Source of the DNA: an uncultured Candidatus Poseidoniales archaeon
Lineage (GTDB): Archaea; Thermoplasmatota; Poseidoniia; Poseidoniales; Thalassarchaeaceae
Direction: 5' to 3'
Length of the DNA stretch: 64,000 nt
NCBI GenBank assembly: GCA_905182515.1
Contig: CAJJBW010000001.1
Coordinates: forward strand, 146,275 to 210,274
In this document: piece by piece, positions 18,099 to 27,091 of the stretch
How positions within the stretch are numbered: position 1 is the first letter of the stretch
How the letters are laid out: each line of letters begins with the position of its first letter
The notes under the pieces: model-generated
Told to the model about the DNA's origin: nothing
The model's input: the letters and a program-made list of their open reading frames with translations, nothing else
Databases searched by the model: none
Program-made: the position numbers and the translations under genes

Positions 18099-19229
18099 AT
18101 GCCGAGTTGGCTTATTTCAAATTCACCTCGGACATTCGAAGAAATAGCGATTCCCAAATCTGTTTGTAAGTCATTAAAGATTGCCAGCACTTCTTCAGAC
18201 CCCCCGCATTTACTAATCACAGGTCCAGCAGGTGTAGGAAAAACAATTTCGTGGCAATTATATGCAAGGCAGATTCTTGGTGCCGGCTGGAAATCTACAA
18301 CACATATTTTACAATGTAGAGATTTGGTACGAAAAAGAGGCGCAATGGCGCAATTTGAAGAATTTTTAAGACCAGGTGGATCCTCCGCGAATACTCTTGC
18401 AGGCATGATAAGTCTGGACTCCTTTGATAGAGAAATTTTCACAAAAGAAGAAGGGGACATCCCTCCTGCCGGACAAGAAAACGATATTGGTAATAAAATA
18501 CCAATAAGCCGTTTAATAATTTTAGAAGATGCAGATTACTTAGGCCATATTAGACAGGCATATCTACGTAGAATGATGGAGACAGTAGGAAATGCTTCTA
18601 GATTCATATTGGTGACCCGCGCCCCTTCTAGAATAATAGATGCATTAAGGTCAAGAACTCAAATGATCCGAATTCCCTCAACAAGTAATGACTTAATTAT
18701 CGATACACTGGCAAATATCCCTACATTTAATTCTAGACAACCTTCAGTTGGCGTTTTAGAAGATATTGCCTATATATCACAAGGAAATCTAAGGAAATCA
18801 ATTTTTATTCTAGAACTATTAGATATGCGAAATCTATCTTCAGACCGCTCGGCTGTACATAACCTAGTCCAATCTACCACACTTCAATCAAGTCGCCATA
18901 TACTAGAAATGTCCCTAAGAGGGGCGGTTGTTGAATGGCGGTGGGAGAATAAAGCAGGAAGAAAGCGTAAAGTTTTATCAGGGGCAATGGCAGAAATTGA
19001 TAACCTAATGAATAATTATGGACTTGATTCTGACGACATAGTGTTACAGTTACACGATGTGCTAATAGGTAGAAGGTTAACATTACCAGATAAACTTAGA
19101 GAAAAGTTACTTTCATCCTTGGCGATTTGCGACACAACATTGCAGAAGTCCACATATGCAAGAATACATTTTGAAAATTTTCTTCATAAAGTGGCCAAAG
19201 CTGGAAAAGAACACGGACTTGCATTTTAA
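18099..19229 (+). CDS. Replication factor C-like AAA+ clamp-loader subunit (divergent)
   Basis: Walker A 'GPAGVGKT', 'ILEDADYL', 'RFILVTR' and 'ALRSRTQMIRI' (SRC-box position). N-terminal 'WLISNSPRTFEEI' resembles the RFC box. Confidence 0.7.
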   Translation: MPSWLISNSPRTFEEIAIPKSVCKSLKIASTSSDPPHLLITGPAGVGKTISWQLYARQILGAGWKSTTHILQCRDLVRKRGAMAQFEEFLRPGGSSANTLAGMISLDSFDREIFTKEEGDIPPAGQENDIGNKIPISRLIILEDADYLGHIRQAYLRRMMETVGNASRFILVTRAPSRIIDALRSRTQMIRIPSTSNDLIIDTLANIPTFNSRQPSVGVLEDIAYISQGNLRKSIFILELLDMRNLSSDRSAVHNLVQSTTLQSSRHILEMSLRGAVVEWRWENKAGRKRKVLSGAMAEIDNLMNNYGLDSDDIVLQLHDVLIGRRLTLPDKLREKLLSSLAICDTTLQKSTYARIHFENFLHKVAKAGKEHGLAF

Positions 19230-19249
19230 TTTACATCAAACCCTAAGTT

Positions 19250-20038
19250 TTGAGTATAACCCACCCGTCAGCGAATATTGTGTACCGTTCCGGAAACCCC
19301 GCTCTTTCTAATTCAACATTTGAAAAAAACTCATATAAAGATATGAATTGGTGGGATAATTCAGAATCAAATTTAATGACAATCGAGGGAGTTGCAGAAA
19401 AAACAGCATTTTTATTATTAATTACCGCAACTAGTGCTATAGCAACTGCAATGATGATGCCAGGAGCAGCATTATTGTGTGTCTTAGGCTTCATTGGTAG
19501 CCTTATTTGTTTAATTATGGTAATGTGGTCAAAGTCCAACAGCCCCTTATTAATTTGTTCATACGCTTTATTTGAAGGCTTATTATTGGGTGGCATTACA
19601 TGGATATTTGAAGTATCTACTGGCATAGAAGGCTTAGGAATAATTTCTGCTGGGATAACATTTCTAATACTTGGGGTAATGATTACAATTTATAGATTAG
19701 GATTAATACATTGGGATAAAAATATGCAAATAGCAGTTACTTCATCAATGATGGCTATTATGTTAATATATTTAATTTCAATACTTGGTTCATTTTTAGG
19801 ATATAATATGCCTTATATACATGGCTCAGGGACAATTGGAATAGCATTTTCAGTCTTTGTTGTCGGTATTGCATCATTATGTTTGGTTGCCGATTTTGAT
19901 TTTATAGAAAGAGGTGTATTGAAAGGAGCACCAAAACAACTAGAATGGAGAGCGGCATTTGGCTTACTCGTTACCTTAGCATGGTTATATCTTGAAATAT
20001 TAAAATTAGTGTCAAAAATTGCTGCATCGAGGAATTAA
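19250..20038 (+). CDS. Bax inhibitor-1/YccA-like integral membrane protein
   Basis: N-terminal 'YRSGNPALS' and about 7 TM segments. The listed start is TTG; an alternative GTG lies at 19280. Confidence 0.5.
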   Translation: MSITHPSANIVYRSGNPALSNSTFEKNSYKDMNWWDNSESNLMTIEGVAEKTAFLLLITATSAIATAMMMPGAALLCVLGFIGSLICLIMVMWSKSNSPLLICSYALFEGLLLGGITWIFEVSTGIEGLGIISAGITFLILGVMITIYRLGLIHWDKNMQIAVTSSMMAIMLIYLISILGSFLGYNMPYIHGSGTIGIAFSVFVVGIASLCLVADFDFIERGVLKGAPKQLEWRAAFGLLVTLAWLYLEILKLVSKIAASRN

Positions 20039-20040
20039 AT

Positions 20041-20673
20041 TTGGAATTTGATTTAATATTAGCATTAAGCGTAGCAGGAATAATGCTCGGAGTAATAGAG
20101 GGAATAAAACCCGGGCCTTTACTAACTATGGTGATTAAAGAAACCCTATCGGGAGGATTAAAAGCAGGAATTTGGACTGCAGCAGCGCCAATATTTACCG
20201 ATGGGCCACTGATCATTATCAGTTTGTTTGCAGCAACCTGGTTTTCAACAAGACCCGTATTCTTAGCCATAATATCATTGCTTGGAGCAATATTCTTGAT
20301 AAAAATGGGATTTGAATGTTTTTCAATCGAACCCCCAGATCTAAAATCTACTAATTCTGAATATTCTAAATCTTTTAAGAGAGGAATATTAACTAATTTA
20401 TTAAATCCTAACGTTTATGTATTTTGGTTTTTAATAGGCGGTCCATTGATGGCTTCAGTTGTGAATGAGGAGCCATTAGCACCCGTCGCTTATGCAATTT
20501 CTTTCCTAATTTCGATAATTGCTGTAAAAACAACAATAGCATATTTCTTTGATAAAACTAGAGGGCAAATATCTTCAAAAACCTACAAACTATGTTTATC
20601 TATATGTGGCATAGCAATGATAATATTTGCATTTGGCTTCCTGTATCAAGCTATTGATCTATTCAATGTTTGA
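20041..20673 (+). CDS. LysE/RhtB-family amino-acid exporter
   Basis: 'GIKPGP' near the N-terminus and 'LTNLLNPNVYVFW'; 6-TM size. TTG start. Confidence 0.7.
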   Translation: MEFDLILALSVAGIMLGVIEGIKPGPLLTMVIKETLSGGLKAGIWTAAAPIFTDGPLIIISLFAATWFSTRPVFLAIISLLGAIFLIKMGFECFSIEPPDLKSTNSEYSKSFKRGILTNLLNPNVYVFWFLIGGPLMASVVNEEPLAPVAYAISFLISIIAVKTTIAYFFDKTRGQISSKTYKLCLSICGIAMIIFAFGFLYQAIDLFNV

Positions 20674-20677
20674 ATAA

Positions 20678-22186
20678 TTATAAGGTAGAAAAACCACCTT
20701 CTGGAAGGGGATTCAAGGGGACAGTGGATTCCCTCAGACTAGGGCCGGTCATCATTGTCCCATATATTCCCTGATCTACAATATTATGCGAAAGGCCGAA
20801 CCATGGCCTACCATGCTTATCAATTAAAATATCAATAAAATCACCAAATCCTCCACATCTGTTGTACCCACAATCAATTGTAGTATCAAGTGGATCTCCA
20901 AAATTATTGACTTGAATTGTAGTGATTAGTGGCATAGGAGAGAAAGCATCAGTCATAACTGAAATATATCCATTCCAAGTATTACCCCCCGAATCACCAA
21001 GATATGCAAATGCCACACGTCCAGAATCACCTGCTGCGAGGGCAGGAAAACCCGTTCCATTTAGATTAGTAGGTGGAGCAATCATAATCGGGTCACTCCA
21101 AGTATCACAATTATCAAATGAATATGAATAATAAGGCATATTGTCCAAACCAATCCACATTGCATGAACATTATTGTCCTCATCAGGATAAACTTGCGCT
21201 TCTTCTGCATTCCAAGTTGCTGCAGTTCCAGTTTGATCTGTAGGCAATTCATGTTCAGTCCATGTCAAACCTCCGTCTGAACTTCGATAAATTGAATACC
21301 CTTCTCCATCGCAACTAGGATTACCTCGGTAAAAATTACCATTGTTTGATCCAACCATATGCCCAGTTAAACCTCCGCTGTTACAATTAGCAGGTGCACC
21401 AGGTACCTCAGGGCCCCAAGTTAAACCACCGTCTTGACTTGTTGAACAGAGTGGAGATTGCCAATTCCCATTTACACAGAAAACCCATGTGGTTTCATGC
21501 AAGAGAGCATTATAGGGAGAGGATGCAATTGTCTGGTGATCTTGTACGGAATACCCGGTTGCAAATGATGATAGCCCCAATGGGCCCCATGTTTCGCCTT
21601 CATCATCAGACCATTCCACAGTCATTCCTACTAACGCATGCATGTCAAATTTCATTATTCTATCAGTCCAAGGGTCAACGTAAACATAAGGGTCATTGCT
21701 ATTGGCAATTTGTCCTTGGTATGTATTTTCACAGGAATAGTCTAAACTAGTCATTTCAATCATATTAGAACACCTAATTATTGCAGTGGAACCACCAGGG
21801 CCATTGCCCCAACTAGTCATGAATAGATTATCTTCTGATGTTATTCCAATAGTTGGCTCAAATGTAGAAAAACCAATTCCATAATATGTCCCTTTTGAAC
21901 AAATTGGAATATTTTCACCTACTAAAATAGTAGTTATGTCGATAGAACTGTCAACATTACGAATATCAGTAGAATTTGGAAAATGATACCATGAATTATT
22001 AGCAAAACCATCAGGGCATATTTCATCAAAAAATGAATCTATCCCTCCCATCTCATTTGATTCTTTACTAAAACAACCAGATACCATTGAGGTTAAAACC
22101 AATAAAACAACAAATGCTGTAACGGTCTTCATATTTCTACGGCCGTGCTTTCTATACATCATATGTACGGCGAGGTGCTCTCTCAT
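20678..22186 (-). CDS. Secreted BNR/Asp-box beta-propeller (sialidase-fold-like) protein, paralog A; predicted lipoprotein
   Basis: Asp-boxes 'SDDEGETW', 'SQDGGLTW', 'SSDGGLTW' and 'FDNCDTW'. The likely true start is 22132 (MKTVTAFVVLLVLTSMVSGC). Confidence 0.75.
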   Translation of the reverse strand: MREHLAVHMMYRKHGRRNMKTVTAFVVLLVLTSMVSGCFSKESNEMGGIDSFFDEICPDGFANNSWYHFPNSTDIRNVDSSIDITTILVGENIPICSKGTYYGIGFSTFEPTIGITSEDNLFMTSWGNGPGGSTAIIRCSNMIEMTSLDYSCENTYQGQIANSNDPYVYVDPWTDRIMKFDMHALVGMTVEWSDDEGETWGPLGLSSFATGYSVQDHQTIASSPYNALLHETTWVFCVNGNWQSPLCSTSQDGGLTWGPEVPGAPANCNSGGLTGHMVGSNNGNFYRGNPSCDGEGYSIYRSSDGGLTWTEHELPTDQTGTAATWNAEEAQVYPDEDNNVHAMWIGLDNMPYYSYSFDNCDTWSDPIMIAPPTNLNGTGFPALAAGDSGRVAFAYLGDSGGNTWNGYISVMTDAFSPMPLITTIQVNNFGDPLDTTIDCGYNRCGGFGDFIDILIDKHGRPWFGLSHNIVDQGIYGTMMTGPSLRESTVPLNPLPEGGFSTL

Positions 22187-23691
22187 AACTTGAGTGTGGA
22201 ATTACCACCTTCAGGTATAACTGGTAATTGTAAAATTGTGCCATATAATGAAGGCCCAGTAGTTAAGGTTCCTATTATGGCTTCATCACTACCTGCAGCA
22301 TTGTGGGCCAAGGCAATCCAAGGCCTTCCCTCATCATCAATCTCTATATCTATAAAATCACCAAATCCTCCGCACCTTATATTCCCGCAATCAGGTAAAA
22401 TATCCAAAGGGTCACTTGGTATGTTAACTGCAACACTAGTAATTAGGGGATTTTCAGCAAATACATTAGTCATAATTGACATATAGCCAGACCAACCTCC
22501 TCCTGATGATTCATTCCAGTCTCTAGATTCTCCTATATATCCAATCACCACTCTTCCAGAATCTCCAGCAAATATTGTTGGAAAACCAGTTTCATTAACT
22601 TCTGGTGGAGCAACCATCATTGGAACACTCCAAGTTTCCCCTTGATCCTTGGAATATGCATACCATGGCATTTGATCATCAGATATCCAAGTAGCATGAA
22701 CATTCCCTCCTTCATCAACAGCGGTTGCAACCTCATGAGAATGCCATCCTTGCTGCATCCCAATCACGGTAGTTATGGTATGCTCACTCCAAGTTACTCC
22801 ACCGTCTAGTGAACGGTAGACTGCCGGACCTTCACATGATGGATTTCCTCTATAAATTGAACCATCTGTACCTGCAGCGAGATGGCCGTGTAACCCTGAG
22901 CATTGACTACCAAATGACTCAGTAGGGTAACCCAATCTCTGAACATCCCATGTCTGGCCACCTGTGACGGAACGAGAGCATTGAGGGCCAGCAGCAGCAG
23001 ATCCGGTGTTAATGCAATAAACATATACCACATCTCCAATAATGGCATTTGAATGCGGTACAGATGCTATACTCTGATGGTCTTGAGTTACATAATAACC
23101 TTCAACAGGATAGGGGATACTCCAAGATTCTCCATCATCATCAGAGTATTCTACAAACATAGCTGCCAGTGCATGCATATCAAATTTTACTAATCTATCA
23201 TTGAATTTATCAACATATAAATATGGATCGTTAGAATTTGGTGTTTGCCCCGAATCATCATCAACTTGGCCAAATGGCCCTACATCTTCCCATGTTTGCC
23301 CTTGATCTTGTGATCTAATAATATGTGTTCCGTCTCCAAGTCCATTATAATTTGTAAAGAAAATAGCGCCCGATGAAGTAATTCCTAATGTGGGCTCAAA
23401 AGTATCCCATCCAGTCCCATAATAGGTTCCAGCGGAATAAAAAGGAATGTTATCTCCTGTTAGATTTGGAGTTATATTTGCATTTAATACTGCATTAGGG
23501 TCAGTAGCATCAATTGCCCATGGGTTTATTGGATTACCAGGATAATGGTACCATGTAGTAATAGGAATTTCCCCTTCTTCAAAGGAAAAAATACCATTGG
23601 TTTCTTCCATATTGTCTTCTTTTACGGATAAACAACCAGATAAAGTAGGCATTATCATGAGTATCGCAATAAACATACTAAGGTTTCTCAT
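22183..23691 (-). CDS. Secreted BNR/Asp-box beta-propeller protein, paralog B; predicted lipoprotein
   Basis: Asp-boxes 'SQDQGQTW', 'SDDDGESW', 'SVTGGQTW', 'SLDGGVTW' and 'SKDQGETW'. Lipobox 'LSGC' (Cys20). Confidence 0.8.
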   Translation of the reverse strand: MRNLSMFIAILMIMPTLSGCLSVKEDNMEETNGIFSFEEGEIPITTWYHYPGNPINPWAIDATDPNAVLNANITPNLTGDNIPFYSAGTYYGTGWDTFEPTLGITSSGAIFFTNYNGLGDGTHIIRSQDQGQTWEDVGPFGQVDDDSGQTPNSNDPYLYVDKFNDRLVKFDMHALAAMFVEYSDDDGESWSIPYPVEGYYVTQDHQSIASVPHSNAIIGDVVYVYCINTGSAAAGPQCSRSVTGGQTWDVQRLGYPTESFGSQCSGLHGHLAAGTDGSIYRGNPSCEGPAVYRSLDGGVTWSEHTITTVIGMQQGWHSHEVATAVDEGGNVHATWISDDQMPWYAYSKDQGETWSVPMMVAPPEVNETGFPTIFAGDSGRVVIGYIGESRDWNESSGGGWSGYMSIMTNVFAENPLITSVAVNIPSDPLDILPDCGNIRCGGFGDFIDIEIDDEGRPWIALAHNAAGSDEAIIGTLTTGPSLYGTILQLPVIPEGGNSTLKL

Positions 23692-23743
23692 AGTATTGCC
23701 CGCCTGTTCAATGTTGAAAATATCATGCTTTGTCTGATCACAC

Positions 23744-24847
23744 TTAGTCCCAACTATTTTCTATAATATTTGGAATCGTTTCTATTATCGTTTCATCTAG
23801 GTCCCGCCATTGTATTTTAAAATCTTCAGAAGCAGGTTTCGCATCCCAATATAATTTATTTTTTAGATGTGTTTTCGCCCAAGAAATACTAACTTTTGGA
23901 TGGAATGCAGCAATAATTAATGCAACCCAGTAAGGTATGACGCGCGTTGGCCATTTCCTACTGGGATAATTGAATTTCAGTAAATTAGCAATGTCTCCTA
24001 ACATCATTTCTCCTCCCACAGTTAAATAACGCCCTCCTGATTCACCCATATCCAATGCCCTAACATGAATTTCTGCTACATCTCTAACATCAACAATACT
24101 AATTTGCATTGGTATTAAAACAGGTAAATTACGCTTTACTAACATCATAAGAATAGCCAATGAACCGTTCAAATGGCGCGAGGAAAGAGGAGGTCCAAAT
24201 ACCATACATGGATGTATTGTCAACATCCTAGGCCTCACCGCAGGCTCTAAATTATTATGCCAATTTCTAACTAACATCTCAGCACTATATTTTGCCAGTC
24301 CATAAGGATTTTTAGATAAGGTTGCATCGTGGGCAAAAGTTTCAGTGGTAAGTATTACCCCGTCTTCCCAGGATGCAGGCCTAATAGCTGCAGTGGATGA
24401 AGTATGTATCAAATTCTTTACAGTTCCGCTTTTATCAATAGCATTTAGTATATTTTTTGTTCCAATAATACTTGGGTCAACAATATCTCCTTGAGGATTT
24501 TTTGATTTAATAATTACAGCAGCAGCAGTATGGATTACATCATTAGCACCATTTATAGCAGAATTTACACTATTTACATCAAATAGATCCATTTCCACGA
24601 TCTCTAAAGTTCCATCCCCTTGGATTGGAAGTGTACATAAATGTTTGATTCTAGAGGGGTCATTAAGATCCCTAACAGTAGCTCTGACATTTCTCCCTTT
24701 TGATAGAAGATTAGATACAATGTGACTTCCTATATAGCCACTAGCACCAGTTACTACAACGACGTCATCCATGTTCTGCCCTAGGGGGTATAATGATTGA
24801 GGCTTCCCTCTAAACCAAATCTTCTCCGAGATGGGATAATAACTCAA
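23744..24847 (-). CDS. NAD(P)-dependent epimerase/dehydratase-family reductase (extended SDR)
   Basis: 'VVVTGASGYIGSH'. The likely true start is 24772 (MDDVVVVTG...), which removes the 38-nt overlap with the upstream gene. Confidence 0.8.
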   Translation of the reverse strand: MSYYPISEKIWFRGKPQSLYPLGQNMDDVVVVTGASGYIGSHIVSNLLSKGRNVRATVRDLNDPSRIKHLCTLPIQGDGTLEIVEMDLFDVNSVNSAINGANDVIHTAAAVIIKSKNPQGDIVDPSIIGTKNILNAIDKSGTVKNLIHTSSTAAIRPASWEDGVILTTETFAHDATLSKNPYGLAKYSAEMLVRNWHNNLEPAVRPRMLTIHPCMVFGPPLSSRHLNGSLAILMMLVKRNLPVLIPMQISIVDVRDVAEIHVRALDMGESGGRYLTVGGEMMLGDIANLLKFNYPSRKWPTRVIPYWVALIIAAFHPKVSISWAKTHLKNKLYWDAKPASEDFKIQWRDLDETIIETIPNIIENSWD

Positions 24848-26240
24848 TTAATTCAGCATTATTAGGAAATAAATCTACTGCTTTTTGTGCTGCGAAGAAC
24901 GCTGATAAATTTTGATTAATCTCCATATGTGCCCTAGTTAAGTTGATCCAAGCCTCTCCTCTTTTAGAGTAATTTTTCGATACAATGGCTTCTCTAAACC
25001 AATTAATTGAATTTTCAATCTCACCCCTTTTCATCATTATTTCTCCTATTTCATTCCACGATTCGCCAAAATTAGGATCTGTTTCTATAGCCCTTCGTTG
25101 CCATGCTAAAGCATCTTCATTATCTATTGAATATGTCATACCTAAATAGCAAGCCGATTCTGCAGATGGAGAGAGTAGGTATGATGTGCCATGATGCTCA
25201 GCTGCTAATCTAAAAACCCCAATTTTTTGAAGAACATGACCCATTCTAAACAAATCTCTGGCAATTGAATCCTTAAGTGTGATATTATCATATTCTAATA
25301 ATATATCTGTAGAATTCCATACCTCTCTTATTATTTCAAGTAAAGAATTTGGCCCAATCCTGTCTTTTGTAGGATTATCATTTGCATGCAACCATGCTTC
25401 TCTAATTAAATCCGGACTTTCTTCAACATGAACCGTATCTCCTTTTTCATATTCATTACTATGGCAAAGAACGCTTTCAGCTTCATTTCCTAACATATCT
25501 ACATCCCACATTGCCATATATTGTTCTTCAATACCATTTGATGTTGTTTTTGTTATGCGTTGTAATATAGTATTATTTTCCAAACCAATGGGGGCCCAAA
25601 CCTCTCCATTATTTTTTAGTTTTTTAAACAATTCAGTGGGAATTTCTTTCAAACCTCCTGTTATCAAAATTTTATCAAATAGATCTTCAGAATCAATTGT
25701 CATGTATTCCAAACCACTCCAAACAATATCACAATTCAATGCCTTAGAAACAATATCTAAACGCAAATCTTCCCATCTATTCTTCAATGATTCTCTTCTA
25801 AAATCATCTATCTCAAGAATATGAATCTTTGATACTCCTAAATGTAATATAACTTCTGTCCACCAATTACCTCTGGGGCCAATTAATAAAATTTTATCAT
25901 TTGAGGAAATTTCCATCATCTGAAAAATTTGACAAGTTTCAAATAATCCCGGTAGAAGTGAGTTGGGCTTCCCCAAATCTACCCACCATGGTAATTTCAA
26001 AGAACTACTTTCAATATTCTTGATATTTTCAGATAAAGGAAGTGCATGAGCCCCTCTAGGGGTTATTGACAAAGTATCTTTTACGACCAAGTTATCCAAT
26101 GCCCCCATATGACTTAGTCTTTCTAGGGCTTCAGATTGTGAAGACAGTTCCGGCCAAGATATAATTTCTGGTAACAATTCTAAATCACAGTCCGAGATGT
26201 CCCGAACGCGCCAGTCTTTATCCACAATGCACAGTCCCAT
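24810..26240 (-). CDS. PCMT-like (protein-L-isoaspartate methyltransferase fold) domain with degenerate SAM motif, fused to C-terminal TPR repeats
   Basis: 'FDKILITGGLKEIPTELFKKLKNNGEVWAPIG' parallels the PCMT post-motif region. The motif I position reads 'ILLIGPRGNWW'. The C-terminal ~130 aa are TPR-like. Confidence 0.5.
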   Translation of the reverse strand: MGLCIVDKDWRVRDISDCDLELLPEIISWPELSSQSEALERLSHMGALDNLVVKDTLSITPRGAHALPLSENIKNIESSSLKLPWWVDLGKPNSLLPGLFETCQIFQMMEISSNDKILLIGPRGNWWTEVILHLGVSKIHILEIDDFRRESLKNRWEDLRLDIVSKALNCDIVWSGLEYMTIDSEDLFDKILITGGLKEIPTELFKKLKNNGEVWAPIGLENNTILQRITKTTSNGIEEQYMAMWDVDMLGNEAESVLCHSNEYEKGDTVHVEESPDLIREAWLHANDNPTKDRIGPNSLLEIIREVWNSTDILLEYDNITLKDSIARDLFRMGHVLQKIGVFRLAAEHHGTSYLLSPSAESACYLGMTYSIDNEDALAWQRRAIETDPNFGESWNEIGEIMMKRGEIENSINWFREAIVSKNYSKRGEAWINLTRAHMEINQNLSAFFAAQKAVDLFPNNAELIELLSHLGEDLV

Positions 26241-26293
26241 TCTAGGTTATTTAATGAAACCCATAATTATATTATAATGCTTTGTTATATGCT

Positions 26294-27082
26294 CTATCTG
26301 ACCAATTCATCAACAGAACTAACGACCAACTCGGGTTGTTTTGATATTTTACCTAAATCTTCTTTAGTTGCTTCACCCGAGAGTACTAATATTCCATTGA
26401 CATTAGATCGTATAGCCATTTCCATATCTGTATAAATTCTATCTCCTATCATTGCACATTCCTCAGGGGCAAACCCTAACTCAATTATTTTATGTAGAAT
26501 CATTCCGGGATTTGGTTTGCCGCATATATGTGAGGGACGCACTCCTGTAGTTGCCTCAAATAATGCCATATATGCACCACTATCAGGTAATCCTCCTAAA
26601 GGAGAAGGGCATACTATATCTGGATGACTAGCTACTAATTTCACACCATTATGTAAATGAAATGATGCTTTTGATAATTTTTCATAATTGATTTCCGTAT
26701 CATATCCAATAATTACATATTCCGGGTTATCCGATTTCGTTCCTATCCCTTCAGATTCCAACATCTCACGCATGCCCTCTGTCCCCACAAGGTAGCTTCT
26801 TGATACATTTTTTGATTTTAACCAAGATATTAAATCATGAGTAGATAGTAAAATATCACTTTTTTTTGCAGAAATACCCATATTTTCTAATTTTTTCACA
26901 TATTGCCTCACAGATTTACTAGAATTATTGGATAAGAAAAAATATTGTATTTTTTTTTCATCTAATCGTTGTAAAAATTCAATCGCTCCATTGATTAATT
27001 TTCCTCCTAGGTATATTGTTCCATCCAAATCTAAAAAGACACATCTAATTTTATCGAGTGATACATCCAACTGACCATTCAA
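26294..27082 (-). CDS. HAD-superfamily subfamily IIA phosphatase (NagD-like)
   Basis: 'FLDLDGTIY', 'LSNNS', 'GKP' and 'IGDRIYTDM'. Confidence 0.85.
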   Translation of the reverse strand: MNGQLDVSLDKIRCVFLDLDGTIYLGGKLINGAIEFLQRLDEKKIQYFFLSNNSSKSVRQYVKKLENMGISAKKSDILLSTHDLISWLKSKNVSRSYLVGTEGMREMLESEGIGTKSDNPEYVIIGYDTEINYEKLSKASFHLHNGVKLVASHPDIVCPSPLGGLPDSGAYMALFEATTGVRPSHICGKPNPGMILHKIIELGFAPEECAMIGDRIYTDMEMAIRSNVNGILVLSGEATKEDLGKISKQPELVVSSVDELVR

Positions 27083-27091
27083 ATTAACACC

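Noticed and set aside
18044-18460. 138-aa minus-strand ORF
   Set aside because: It is antisense to the N-terminal, Walker A-encoding part of the RFC-like gene and has no motifs of its own.
19243-20270. Minus-strand ORFs 19243-19626 and 19971-20270
   Set aside because: They are antisense to the BI-1-like and LysE-like membrane genes. Hydrophobic antisense translations are expected opposite TM-rich genes.
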